Shown here: positions 12,750 through 24,205 of the stretch, one piece after another
How positions within the stretch are numbered: position 1 is the first letter of the stretch
Layout: the number at the start of each line of letters is the position of its first letter
NCBI GenBank assembly: GCA_043228905.1
Contig: JBHGNT010000015.1
Location: forward strand, 2,046,001-2,110,000
Source: Azolla caroliniana
Taxonomy: Eukaryota; Plantae; Polypodiophyta
DNA length: 64,000 nucleotides
Direction: 5' to 3'
The notes under the pieces: generated by a model
Told to the model about the DNA's origin: nothing
Databases searched by the model: none
Seen by the model: only the letters and a program-made list of their open reading frames with translations
Program-made: the position numbers and the translations under genes

Positions 12750-15700
12750 TTATTCTTCCGTTTGAATAAACGGGTTTACCGGCATATCTCCCAAATACGG
12801 TTTAAGCCGGAATCCATTTACCCATTTCGGTAAAACCTCTCCGGTTAATGATCCCAGCTGATACGTACCATTTTTACTATTAATTATCCATACTGGACCT
12901 GTCCATCTATACCGGAGTTTCCCAGGCATAAGTCCCATTTTCGTCTGGAATACCAATACCGGTTTCCCAATTTCGAATTGCTCTTCCGATTTCCTTCGAT
13001 GTCGATTTACGAATGCCTTGATTTGTCTCTGCTTGTGTTCTAGTGCTGACATTGATTGAATCCGTTCTTCTTCTAATACTAATAAAGCCTCTTTGCGTAT
13101 CTGCTCCGATTCTATTTCATTTAACTTATTCGTCGCTTGGATACGAAGTGTCGGAATTTGAAATTCGATCGGCATAACAGCTTCAAGTCCGAATGCCATT
13201 CGGAAAGGTGTTGATTTAATGGATGTTTTGTACGAAGTACGATATGCCCATAATGCACTATTTAACTTTTGATCCCAATCAGTACGATTTTCATTCACTA
13301 TCTTCTTTAAAATTGTTTGAATTGTTTTATTTGTCGATTCTGCCAATCCATTAGCTTGGGGATAGTAAGGCGTACTTTTCTTATGAACTACGGCATAATA
13401 ATTAGTTACTTCGTGAATTAACTTGTTAATAAAATGAGTGCCTTGATCGCTTACCAATTCTATTGGGCAACCGAATCGACACCATATATTTTCATACAGG
13501 AATTTTGCTGTGGATGCTGCTGTATTGTCTCTGAGAGCTTTTGCTTCAACCCATTTTGTGCAATAGTCAGTCACAATTATGATATATCGATTACCGGTTC
13601 TTGCAGCTACTGGTTTGAATGGGCCAACAAAATCTAAGCCCCATTTCTGAAATGGCTCAAGAGGTAAAACCGGTTGAAAAGGCATTCGATCCTTTTCGGT
13701 CGGTTGCCCCATTCTTTGACACAAATCGCATTTCTTACAGTATTCGTTAGCATCTTTCATCATCATTGGCCACCATAACCCGCTATTCCATATTTTTCTG
13801 GCTGTTGCTTCTCCTGCGTAATGACCGCCAGCAATTCCACAATGTGACTCTGTTAATATGGCTAATTTTTCAAATTTCCGTACTGCCCTTCGCCATATTC
13901 CATCCGCTCCTTTATGATACAACATGTCATTAAATAAACAAAAATTTCAACTTCGTACTGCAATTCTTTTTCTTTCATCTGTCGACATGTGTTCGGCCAG
14001 AATTCCTGTTGATAGAAATATCGTCATTTCGGAAATCCATTCATCCTCTTCTTCCTCATTCATTTCTTGTGCTTTTACTGTCTCAACCCGAAATAATTGA
14101 GTATCTGGAAAATCATCTTTAACACCAACCGCTTCTTCTCCAGATTCAAGCCGACTGAGATAGTCAGCAATCGTGTGCTGTGCTCCTGGTCGATGTATAA
14201 TGTCGAATTCAAACTCTTGAAGCAATAACGTCCATCTGGCTAACTTGCCTGTCAATTCTTGTTTGGAAACTAGATATAGTAGAGCCGAATGATCCACATG
14301 AAATGTAAATTTCTTACCCAAAAGGTAATGTCGAAATTTGTTCACACTATATATCATTCCCAAAGCTTCTCTTTCGGTTGTTGAATAGTTTCTTTCGGCC
14401 AACGAAAGTTTCCTACTGGCATAGTATACCGGCCTATACCAGTTTGGTTCGGATAATTGCAGTAAAGCACTGCCTATGGCAATGTCCGACGCATCGACGA
14501 AAACATGAAATGGTTTGTTCCAGTCCGGTGGTTGGACTACCGGAACCTTTGTCAGCATCTTCTTGAGACATTCGTATGCATCTTGTTCTATACTTGTCCA
14601 TATAAAAGGAACTTTGTGTACTGCTGTGTGTAACGGAATAGCAATGTCTGCTAGATATCTCATCATTCTACTGTGCCACCGAATTTGACCCAAAAATCTA
14701 CTTAGAGCTTTAGCATTTGTCGGTGGTGTTGCCTCAATAATTGCTTTAACTTTGTCTGGGTCCACTGCAATCCCTTCTTGACTGACAATATGCCCAAGTA
14801 ACGTACCACTCATTACTCCGAATGCGCATTTGGCTGGATTTAAGCTAAGACGCCCTTTTCGACATTTTTCTAAACATAGCCGTAAATGCTCAAAATGATC
14901 AGCTTTCCGACTATATACCGCAAAATCATCTAAAAACACCTGCATGAAAGCTGGAATATATTCCCCGAATATTTCCTGTATTACCCGCTGAAATGTAGCT
15001 GGAGCTGTTTTTAAACCAAACATCATTAGTACTGCCACAAAGACACCCCATTCTGTGACAAAAGCTGTCTTTTCCTGATCTTCCGGATTCATCCGTACTT
15101 GGTTGTACCCACTGAACCCATCCAAGAAACTATAAATTTCATGTCCAGCTACTGCATCTAATATCCCATCTGTGAATGGCAACGGAAACGCATCCGTAAT
15201 TGTCGTTGCATTCAATTTTCTGTAATCCACACATACGCGAATTTTCCCATTCTTTTTCGGAACTACTACTATCGGACTCAGCCATGTTGATTTTTTGACG
15301 GGTCGAATAAATCCTACTTTTAAGAGTTTATCGATTTCTTCTTTTACTTTCGGATTCAACCTGTACCTGCGTTGTTGTACTGGCTTTGCATCTTTATGCA
15401 AATTGATTTGATGTTGACAAAAAGCGGGATCCAGACCTTTCATATCGTCAAACGACCATGCAAAAACATCTTTATATTGTAATAGTAATGTTGTTAATGT
15501 CCGTTTGTCATTTTCCGCCAAATCTCTAGCAATCAAGTCTGTTTTTCTTTCACCATCCTCTACTCCTGCCAAATCGATCTCCTCTAATGCTGAGGCTTGC
15601 ACTCTCTGAGATACCTTCATTTCCTTATCTATAGCTTCTTGTTGCATTCGTATTTCTTTCATTGTTTGCTCATCTATTGGCACTTCTTCGTGTGAGTCTA

Positions 15701-18247
15701 CATATGGTGTTAATGCTTGCAAAATATCTACCTCAAATAGAGGGATGATTTTCTAATTATCATTAAAATATTGACTTTCTTCTTCCTCGTCCAATCCTTC
15801 CATCATATTAACTGCTTCTGCATGTACAGGTAAACTCTGTTTGCTTGTTGTCACTTTGTTGTGCGTCGGAATCCTGACCTTAGTTTTTCCTTTCCTAAAT
15901 GTTAGCACATTTTGTTTCCAATTTTGTTTGATATTAGTTGTCTTTAACCATGGTCTCCCCAATAACAAGGGGTATGCTCCCTGTGTTTCTAACTGCAAAG
16001 TTACTGCCGAAATCTGAAAACTGTGTCCCCCGATTATTACATCCAGTTGTCGAAGCAAACCAATCGGTCGTACCGTACTTGTATCTGCCATTCGTAACCA
16101 AAACGGACATGCTTCCCATTCCGTGATTCCTAGTTTTTCACATGTAGCTTTGTTAATCACATTAACTCCCGAGCCTCCATCTATAATCACATTTCCAATT
16201 TCTTGCGCGTAAAGTATTACCTTAATCGACGGATTCTGTTCATCCATGATCGAAGGGTTATTACTTGGCTGATTGTAGTGTACTGCTATTTGTTCGGAAC
16301 CTTTATATGCAATTAATGTTGCCACTTTTTCTGTAAACCTTGGTACTAACTTAAGTAAGCTCGTAAGTGGCAATGACACTTGGCAATCAGCCAACAGTTT
16401 CCAAGTTTCTTCCTGTTCCTTATTCCCCAATGACTGTTGTACAGCGATGTTCTGGTCAATGTTATTGTCTTGTAACATTCGATTCACATTACTTTGATTT
16501 GCTTCGTCAACCCATTCTTTTGCCGCCTTCCGAACTTCTTCCTGAATTTCCCACTCTAATTGTTTGCTTTTGCTGCGTGTCGTTACTTGCTGAACTTCCG
16601 GTATTACCATATTAACTGCTGGACCCTTTCCTTTAACCGGACATTGATTAGCATAATGGCCTAGTTGTCGACAAATATAACAAGTGGGTACAAATGTTCC
16701 ACCGGTCTCTCCATGTGCAAATTGGCCGTTATTAAATTGCTGCTCTTCATTACCACTCGGGTTTTGTTGGAATTGACGTGTAGCTTTTGGTTTGTAAAAT
16801 TTCTTATTTTTATACCGATTCTGCCTAAATTGTTCGGTATTATCATTTGGTTGTGCTACATTTTGTGTTATCCCGAACTCCTGATTTGGCGGAAAATTAT
16901 TCTGTTGAAACATTTGATTATTTTGTGGAAAGGTTTGAGTATTATGTTGAAAGGTCATATTACCCGGTTGAAATGCCGGATTCGGTTGAAATGCAGAATT
17001 CGGTTGCACATTCGGACAGTTCTGTTGAAACCCTTGAAATGGTGGGTTACCTTGTTGGAAACTTTGATTATTTTGTTGAAAATATTGATTCGGATTCTGT
17101 ACGAATGGTGGGTTGGATTGAGCAAAACCTGGTTGAAATGCTTGAGTCACTTGAGTGGGTTGCATATTTTGTTGTGAAAAGATCTGATTTGGCTGTAGAA
17201 CCGGATTTTGTTGAAAAGTTGGATTTTGTTGTACATTTTGCTGATTTTGTGAAAAATTATTATTTTGATAACCATTGAACAGATTAGTGTTATTTTGGTA
17301 ACCATTGTCAGTAAAAATTTGTCGTACTGACGCCGTAGTTTTATTAAGCAGATTATATTCACATTGTTCTACTGAATGTAATTTTGAATGACATATTGTA
17401 CAATGTGTTCTTAACGTACATTCAATTGCCGAATGCCCCGTATTTAAACAAGTGGTGCATTGAACTGCTTGACGAAATTGTAACTCCTCTATTGTTGGTA
17501 ATGTACGTTGTAATGCCGACATGTCCATACTCTGAACATTGACCGCTGGTCGACCCATTTCTATTGCTTTATCAATTACTTGTTCGATAGTCTGATTTCG
17601 AAAATCGAACACTTTCAATGTCGTCCTTAATGGTTCTTTTATAGCTTCTAGAAAGACTTCTTTTAATTCATTATCCGGAATCGGCCTTGAAATCTGAAGC
17701 TGTAAGTTCTGAAATCGTATCACAAACTGAGATACTGTTTCATTTTTTTCTTGATATAACGCATAAAATTGCGCAATCAAATCCTTCTGCGGAATTTGTT
17801 GATGAAATAATTGTAAAAATTTACTAGTTAACACTTCAAAGGATGGAAATCCTTGAAGACCGTTCTGCGCAAACCAATTGGCGGAATATCCATCTAATGA
17901 TAAGACGAACTCAGCGATTTTTGACTTATCTTCGGCATCTGCCGACAATCGCTGAGCTCCATGGTTAATCTCCCATGTCGTTAAGAAATCCCTAACATGT
18001 GCTTCCACATATTTCCTTCCCGGAACTTAGAATAAGTATAAGGCATATCGTCCCAAATGTCGTAAAACGATACCTCTTCCGTCTGTTTTTCGTCTGAAGG
18101 TAATTGATCGGATAAGTCAGGAAGTTTCGACCACTTTGTGCTTGATTCCGGCTGTTCTTGCGCAATGAACGCTTCCTGCACTGCCTTCGTAACTGACCTT
18201 GTACGAGGGCGCTTACAACCGACTGGTGTCTCCTCTTCATACGACAT
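12750..18247 (-). pseudogene. gag-pol: Gypsy gag-pol with one frameshift (about 18000) and two in-frame stops (15753, 13947)
   Basis: Three CCHC knuckles, PR IIDGGSGVN, RT FLDGFSGYNQ..PFGL-like MMFGL..VFLDDF, RH VFVDAS..YSTTEREAL, INT WGLDFVG..SDQG..NGLAE, and a GPY/F-like WTGP. Confidence 0.95.
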
Positions 18248-18282
18248 CCATTCGATTTGTTCTGTGCTTAATTGCAGATGTA

Positions 18283-18295
18283 ACCGGGTGTGCCA
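18283..18295 (-). promoter_or_regulatory. PBS, tRNA-Arg-like, 11 nt from the 5' LTR
   Basis: Minus strand reads TGGCACACCCGGT, complementary to a plant tRNA-Arg(UCU)-type 3' end (tRNA sequence recalled, not looked up). Confidence 0.7.
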
Positions 18296-18306
18296 AATTT
18301 CTTCTA

Positions 18307-18762
18307 TGTTAATCGGCTAATTACTAACTACTACCGATACAGAAGAGTGAACGTCGCTACTCAACGTTCTAACAAGGAATTGTGTTTTACGAACGGAAAT
18401 ATACTATATTAATCGGTAATTACCGTGATCGTTACTTAGTTATAAATTAGGAAGATTGCACTTAACAACATAGACAATAGAAAGAACACAGAATCCGTAC
18501 ATGATATTCCTAACTTAAACTTATATTACTAAATAAACGACCTTTCTTACAATGCCTTCGGTTCCCTTTTATAGGTATACCGAAGGTCTTTTCTCATCAA
18601 GAACTATTCCTACTTACTATCAAGAATTACAAAATTATCTAACTAACTTAGTTCTCTTCGTTCACTGCTGAGTCATTGATCCGAACAGTTGATCCGAACC
18701 GACTCCGTTTTCGACGCTTTCCCACTTGTTCGGTAAAACTGACTGTCCGGGTCCGGGTAACA
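18307..18762 (-). repeat. 5' LTR of Gypsy 9435-18762
   Basis: Direct repeat of 9435-9890. Confidence 0.95.
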
Positions 18763-18876
18763 GTTTTCCGTTGCCGGGTACTTCAATCCCATCCGGAGGG
18801 ACCTGTTTCCTAACAGTATTCTTATTTCGCCCCATCTTCTCTCCTTGATTTACAGCTCTGTGTTTATGCTCTTGTA

Positions 18877-19427
18877 TTGTTACTAGCGTCTGAGTACGAG
18901 ATTGCTACCATCCTCGATTCCAAGATGGTTTGCAACAAGCTCCATAATTTAATCGATGGGCTAGGATATAGTCCAAGCAAGCGTATTTGGGAACTAGGGA
19001 CGAATTTGGTGAATGCTCAAGCTCTTCTTGAAGACTTCCATCGTCAATATCGAGACAAACCAAGTCCTCAATCAAAAACGACTCGTAACACTCATCATTT
19101 AAAGGGGGGGATAGTGTCATGATATGGCTCCAAAATGATTTGAACCCATCACCTTGCATTACAAGGGTTGAGCCCTTACCATTAAACCATGAATTGTAAT
19201 AATAATAAAAATATTATTTTCATTTATTCTTTCTCGATAGGAAATTCATGTATATTCCCGATTACTTTGGAACATTCTAGAAACTTCAAGAGTACTCCTA
19301 GCAATACTATAAATAGAGGCACATGGCATTATTCAGAACCAATTCGGTTCAATGTCAGTCTTAAGCCTCCTAGTTGTTCTTGTATCTTTCTTCATATAAT
19401 ATAATATACTTCCTGTTGTCATCCTTT

Positions 19428-19463
<36 letters not shown>

Positions 19464-19479
19464 TCTCAAGATTCTCACA
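18877..19479 (+). mobile_element. 3' end of a chromovirus: chromodomain remnant, PPT and 3' LTR (19115 to about 19479)
   Basis: EYEIATILDSK..GYSPSKRIWE..NL.NA..L.EDFH..Y..KP chromodomain. PPT AAAGGGGGGGATAG then TGTCATG. The LTR has TATAAATA and (CT)n and ends in CA. Confidence 0.85.
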
Positions 19480-19827
19480 CACTCTTTCCCTTCTTAGTAC
19501 TAATCCTCATTCGTCTCCTCTATCTTTAGTACTAATTCTCCTTGCCTCTAGTACTATCCCTGATAGTCGTTCGATAATACTTTGGTTGAAGAGCCAACGT
19601 AGTTGACCTCCTCATGCCAGCCACTCTTTTGATCAACTAGCTGAGCCTTATCATTCTTGGCTTGAGTGCACAACAATCGACTTTGATGTGCCTGGGTTTC
19701 TTGTAGTAGTTACAAATTCGGTTGTCCTACGACTTGCTCGGACTTTGCTGATTGTTCGACTGTCGGGAGGAACTTCTTCCTCAACTGTTCAATCGGTCGG
19801 TCGAACTTGGTACTACATAAGCTTCCT

Positions 19828-20418
19828 CTATCGAATCTTTGCAAACGATTTCCTCTGAGTTGCTTCAGTTAGTATTGCGCTCGTAACTTCCGAGTACTTC
19901 ATAGCGGCAGTAGAAGCCTTGCACAAGGTTGTGACGAAAGTTTCCCACGAAGGGGGGAGACTATTCATGAGCAACATTGCTCTTAGTTCGTCCTCAATTG
20001 TCGTCCCCTGAGGCGAAATCTGGGAGCTTAAGATTGTGTACTCATTCACGTGTGCCTGGACTGAGTCAGATTCTTTCATCCGTAGGTTGTAGAGGCGCCG
20101 AATCAAATATATCTTTGTGTCAGCGACCTTCTTCTCATAAGTGTCTAAGAGTGTCTTCCATCGTTGAAAGGTTGTTGAACACGATTGTACTATGAAGTAC
20201 ACTGACTCCGAAAGGTGCTTCCGAATGGTGGCTTTGACAATTCTATCAAGTTTCGTCCACTCATTCGGCTTGATTCCTTCTGGAGGGTTTTCGTTTTCGA
20301 TTGGGTCTATCTGACCCTTGACTATTAGATAGTCTTGCATCTGCTCCTTCCAAAAGTTGAAGTTCGATCCGTCAAACTTCCTTAGACTCATCTCTGATGA
20401 GCCGAATGTTGATGCCAT
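19828..20418 (-). pseudogene. gag: Copia gag fragment
   Basis: KFDGSNFNFWKEQMQDYL..LYNLRMKE..LL.SLPPSWETFV, a UBN2-type gag. Confidence 0.88.
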
Positions 20419-21639
20419 CTATGTCAGCTTGTTAGACTATGTTCGAAGTTGACTACAAATGGTGATGGGATGCAACCGACTGGCTCACCCAATATTGTTC
20501 TAGTCGGATTCGAACACGAGTCGAATCGATTTCGACTTATTTGCGGATTCTGTCCTAAGTGGTTACAGTCAATTGACTTAGCCGAATTGGACACAAATGC
20601 GACGATTAGCCTATTGGATTTCGAATGTCGATTTCAAGAAAATACCAATCACAGATTGTATGACAATTATCTAGGCCAATCCTGCTTTGAATGACTACAA
20701 CAATGAGAGGGACGGAGCCGACTGGTCCTCCTGAATGTTGTCTAGTCGAATGAAGCACGGATAGGGGTTGTTCCTAGGAAAAAAAATTCTTTGCGTGATT
20801 ACGACAAGCAAATAGATTGTCTAACCTAGTAAAGCACGATCTCAAAGGCCGATTTGATGGAGGAACACCTTCGCATTCTCTCTTCATTGAAGTTGTTGTA
20901 TAGCCTCATGTCGATGAAGCACCCTATGTACGTCGTTGTCTTCATGTGCATCACCTCCCATATCGTGGCGTCAATCTTGTCCGGTCTCTTGTCCCGAACT
21001 GAACCGGCAACCAAAGATCTTTAACCACGAGCATGTCCCTCATCTTCGACTTCCACACCGAATAGTTGGAGCCGGTGAGCTTGAACATGCCTCCCAACGA
21101 ATCGTCCATTTTTTGTGTCGTTTCACTCTGATACCACTTTGACAGGAACTACACACTCCCTTTGAACAACGCTCGGCCACAACCGAGCCTAGAATAAAAC
21201 ATAGAAAACAAGGAATGAAACACAACACGATAGAGAGAAGAGTACAAAGGATGTTTACATGGAAAACCCAAACTCGGGAAAAACCACGGCAACCCACAAA
21301 CTGCAAACTATCACTATGTCAGAATGTACAATAAGAAAGCACCGAGGCCACGACCTCGAGCTTGCTATCTTCGCCACAGGCGGCGGTTACAATCAGAGGC
21401 AACGACCTCTTCCTCTCTCTCACTCTCTTTGTACACAGTTGCGTGCTCTAATCTTGCGCCAACGAGAATGACAACAACTCTCTCGCACTGTCTCTATACA
21501 CAGTTTGCCCTAAGTCATATTTATACTAATATGACTTTTCGGCTATTTACAAATATAGCCACGATGGACTCTCAGAAACATATTTACGAATATGTCTCTT
21601 CATCCGGTGAGCACTCCTCACCGGGCCTGCATCATCCAG

Positions 21640-21850
21640 CGCTTGCCGGATACTCGTCATCCGGTTCTCACCGGGTCTGCACCATCGGGCTCTCCATAGC
21701 CGGGTACTCATCATCGGCTTCTCACCGGGTCCGCAACATCCGGCTCTCCGTAGCCGGGTACTCGTCATCCGGTTCTCACCGGGTCTGCAACATCCGGCTC
21801 TCCGTAGCCGGGTACTCGTCATCCGGTTCTCACCGGGTCTTCCGTAGCTG
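21640..21850 (+). repeat. 54-bp tandem repeat (about 3.5 copies) inside a Copia LTR
   Basis: GCCGGGTACTCGTCATCCGGTTCTCACCGGGTCTGCAACATCCGGCTCTCCGTA units. Confidence 0.9.
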
Positions 21851-21910
21851 GGTATTCCTCATCAGTACTGTTCTTCTGACTTCCCATCCGGAGGGACCTG
21901 TTTCCTAACA

Positions 21911-24205
21911 CTATGGGGTATCGTTTCGGCGGTTAAGGCCGACAAAGATTATCTTATAGGGACGGAGGTAATAATCGAGACAGTTTGCCTACCAATTCTC
22001 GGTATGGTTTCCGAAGGTGCAACTCCGAACCTAGCAATGCTCAGGTGGATCGCGTACATCAAGTCCCTAAATCTAGAGATACGACACATCTCCGGGAAGG
22101 ATAATGCCATTTCCGACATGCTTTCGAGAGCACGGTTCGATGACGAGGACGACATGGTTTTGGAGGACGAGGAAGTCGGCGTAGACTTCTTCGAGACAGA
22201 ATACATAACAAGGGAGAGAAGCACTCTGGCAATTCACAAATTTCACAACGGCGAGTACGACGGGGAGTAGCTCCAGATCGGTAGGTTCCTGAAGACAATG
22301 ACACTAGACGTAGCATGGACAAAGGAAGAGGCTAGCTGGATCCGAAAGAAAGCTTACTGGTTCTTCCTACGGGACGGGAACATATGGAGGCACCCTAAGA
22401 AGCGAGGCGGTGTCCCACTCCGCATAGTAGCGAGAAAGGACGAGCAAGACGCATTGCTTGCGGTGTACCATGACAGTCCTTGGGCCGGCTACCGCAGAAC
22501 TTCGGCCACGTTTGAGAAACTGAAAGAGAAGTATTGGTGGTCAGGGTTGTATCGGGATGTGTTCCAGTTTGTAACGACATTTGAAAGCTATCAGATCCAC
22601 TCCGCAATCCGGCATCGAGATGAGCTGCACCCGACATACCCGCCGACCATCCACTTCAAATGGATGGTGGACTTAGTGACAATGTCGATGGGAATAGGGC
22701 AGATGCGGTATCTAGTGCTTGCGTGGGAAGATTTAACAAACCAAGTGGAAGGCCATGCACTGACGAACAAGACGATTGCGGCGGTGTGTTGGTTCCTGAC
22801 CGAAGAGGTAGTGCGCCGGTACGGATGCGTAGGGAAAATCATGGCGGATCGGGGAGAGCTGGACGCGTAGGAACCTGAGGAGTTGTTTGACCAGTTAGGG
22901 GTCAAGCTCTCTCTCACTACGGCGTACAATCCAGAGGCGAACGGGAAGGTAAAACACGAACACGGACCGATCATGAAGGCTTTAGTACGAGCGTGTGAAG
23001 GGCAGGTCGGGAATTGACCGCAGCTTCTACCCTACGCGTTGTGGGCGGACCAGACTACGCACCGTTCGGTGACAGGGTTCATGCCGGAAGAGTTGATGTA
23101 TAGGTAAAAACCGATTATGCCGGTTGAACGGACAATCACTTCATGGGTCACGTGGACTAGAAGGACGAGATGAGTCGGGAAGAGTTGTTGACGGCGCAGA
23201 TTCGGCAGCTTGAGCGACGACCGGAGGACGTGGAGCAGGCGATGACGAAGTTGCGTACGGCGCGTGAAAGGAACAAAGGCCGGTTTGACTAGACACACCG
23301 GCTGAGACCGAAGAAGATCGAGGAAGGCAACTGGGTGTTGGTGTACGACAGTAGCCTCAATAATCAGCACAAGGTGTTGTGTAAGTTTGCGAGGTGATGG
23401 TTCGGGCCCTACACGGTAACAAGCGCGAACCACAATGGCACATATCATCTCACGGAGCTCAATTGGATGCGGATAACGGTATCGGTGGCCGGCAAGAGGG
23501 TCAAGATGTTCAAGAACCAGAATCGGGGAAGGCGAAGGTTCAGAAACCGACGAGTGATCTACGGCCGGTTTCCGCCAAGGTTGTTCCTACTTGGCACGTA
23601 CCGGTGGACGTGCGATTTGTTGGGGGTGGATGTCGTGGAGAAAACCGCCCCTAGGAGGAATAAAGGGGAGGAGGCGTGACTCGATCCTTTTCGCATGTGT
23701 GTGTGTTTATGAATTGTACATAGCTAGGAATAGATCGGTTGATGTACATATGTACTAGGAAGGGTATTAATTGTCTAGGGAATCGATGCGTATCTCTATC
23801 CGAAAGGACAGAGAATAAAGTTGATGTGTTTTGATGTAACGGCCACCTCGGCGACCTATAAAGAGGAGGGGAGAAGAAGAAGATAGGGATCGCGTTTTGG
23901 CAAGGACGAAGTGATGTCGGACTGGGGACCGAGTTCTCTCCTCCTCAACCGTTGCTCTCCACTACGTTTCTGTGTCGGTTGCCTCTACTGCGTGTAAGCC
24001 TGTGTGCTTCCAGTAGAGGCCCCACCGTGTGTTCTCTGTGTCTTCCGTGTGTGTGCGTGGGACCTCCGTTTTGGGTCTGTTGCCGGTTTGTCAGTTGTAA
24101 TCGTTGTTGACATTGTAATTGAATCCTCTGTTCCCGTCCCTCTCCTTGTGTTTCTGTGAATCGCTCTCCCTCTTCTTTCTCACGCGAGAGCGTAACAACA
24201 CGACA
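21911..24205 (+). mobile_element. 3' half of an autonomous-type Gypsy ('A'): RH-INT relic, PPT, 3' LTR 23631-24205
   Basis: RWIAYIK..HISGKDNAISDMLSR, H(D)SPWAG, KWMVDLV..EDLTNQVEG.AL, ADRGE, YNPEANG, WFGPY, with many stops. GGGGGTGGA then TGTCG..CGACA. Confidence 0.88.

Larger units (their letters stand above)
9435..18762 (-). mobile_element. Full-length non-chromoviral Ty3/Gypsy element with an extra 3' ORF
   Basis: 456-bp LTRs at 9435-9890 and 18307-18762 with about 3 visible transitions. TSD GTTTT. gag-PR-RT-RH-INT on the minus strand, with no chromodomain. Confidence 0.95.
8820..18815 (-). mobile_element. Copia solo LTR (8820-9434 + 18768-18815), interrupted by a Gypsy
   Basis: TSD GTATT at 8815-8819 and 18816-18820. 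Homologous to the LTRs at 21140-21910 and 62701-63413, and to the reverse complement of 47206-47901. Confidence 0.9.
8518..18854 (+). mobile_element. Short LTR-like sequence (about 8518-8819 + 18821-18854) split by nested insertions
   Basis: Starts TGTCAC, has TATAAATA at about 8747, and ends TTTACA at 18854. A homologous fragment lies at 56953-57113. No TSD was resolved. Confidence 0.5.
19560..21910 (-). mobile_element. Truncated Copia: 5' LTR 21140-21910, Met PBS 21126-21136, two gag N-terminal fragments
   Basis: Reverse complement TGGTATCAGAG next to the LTR. gag-1 (MFKLTGSNYSVWKSKMRDML) at about 20860-21110. gag-2 is ORF 19828-20418, with knuckle remnants to about 19680. Confidence 0.8.

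Noticed and set aside
15723-15755. Programmed stop read-through between gag and pol
   Set aside because: The stop lies after the protease, and the element has other point stops, so mutation is the simpler explanation.
21324-21908. 194-aa repeat protein (also 63086-63556)
   Set aside because: It is an antisense translation of the 54-bp LTR repeat, open because the unit length is a multiple of 3.
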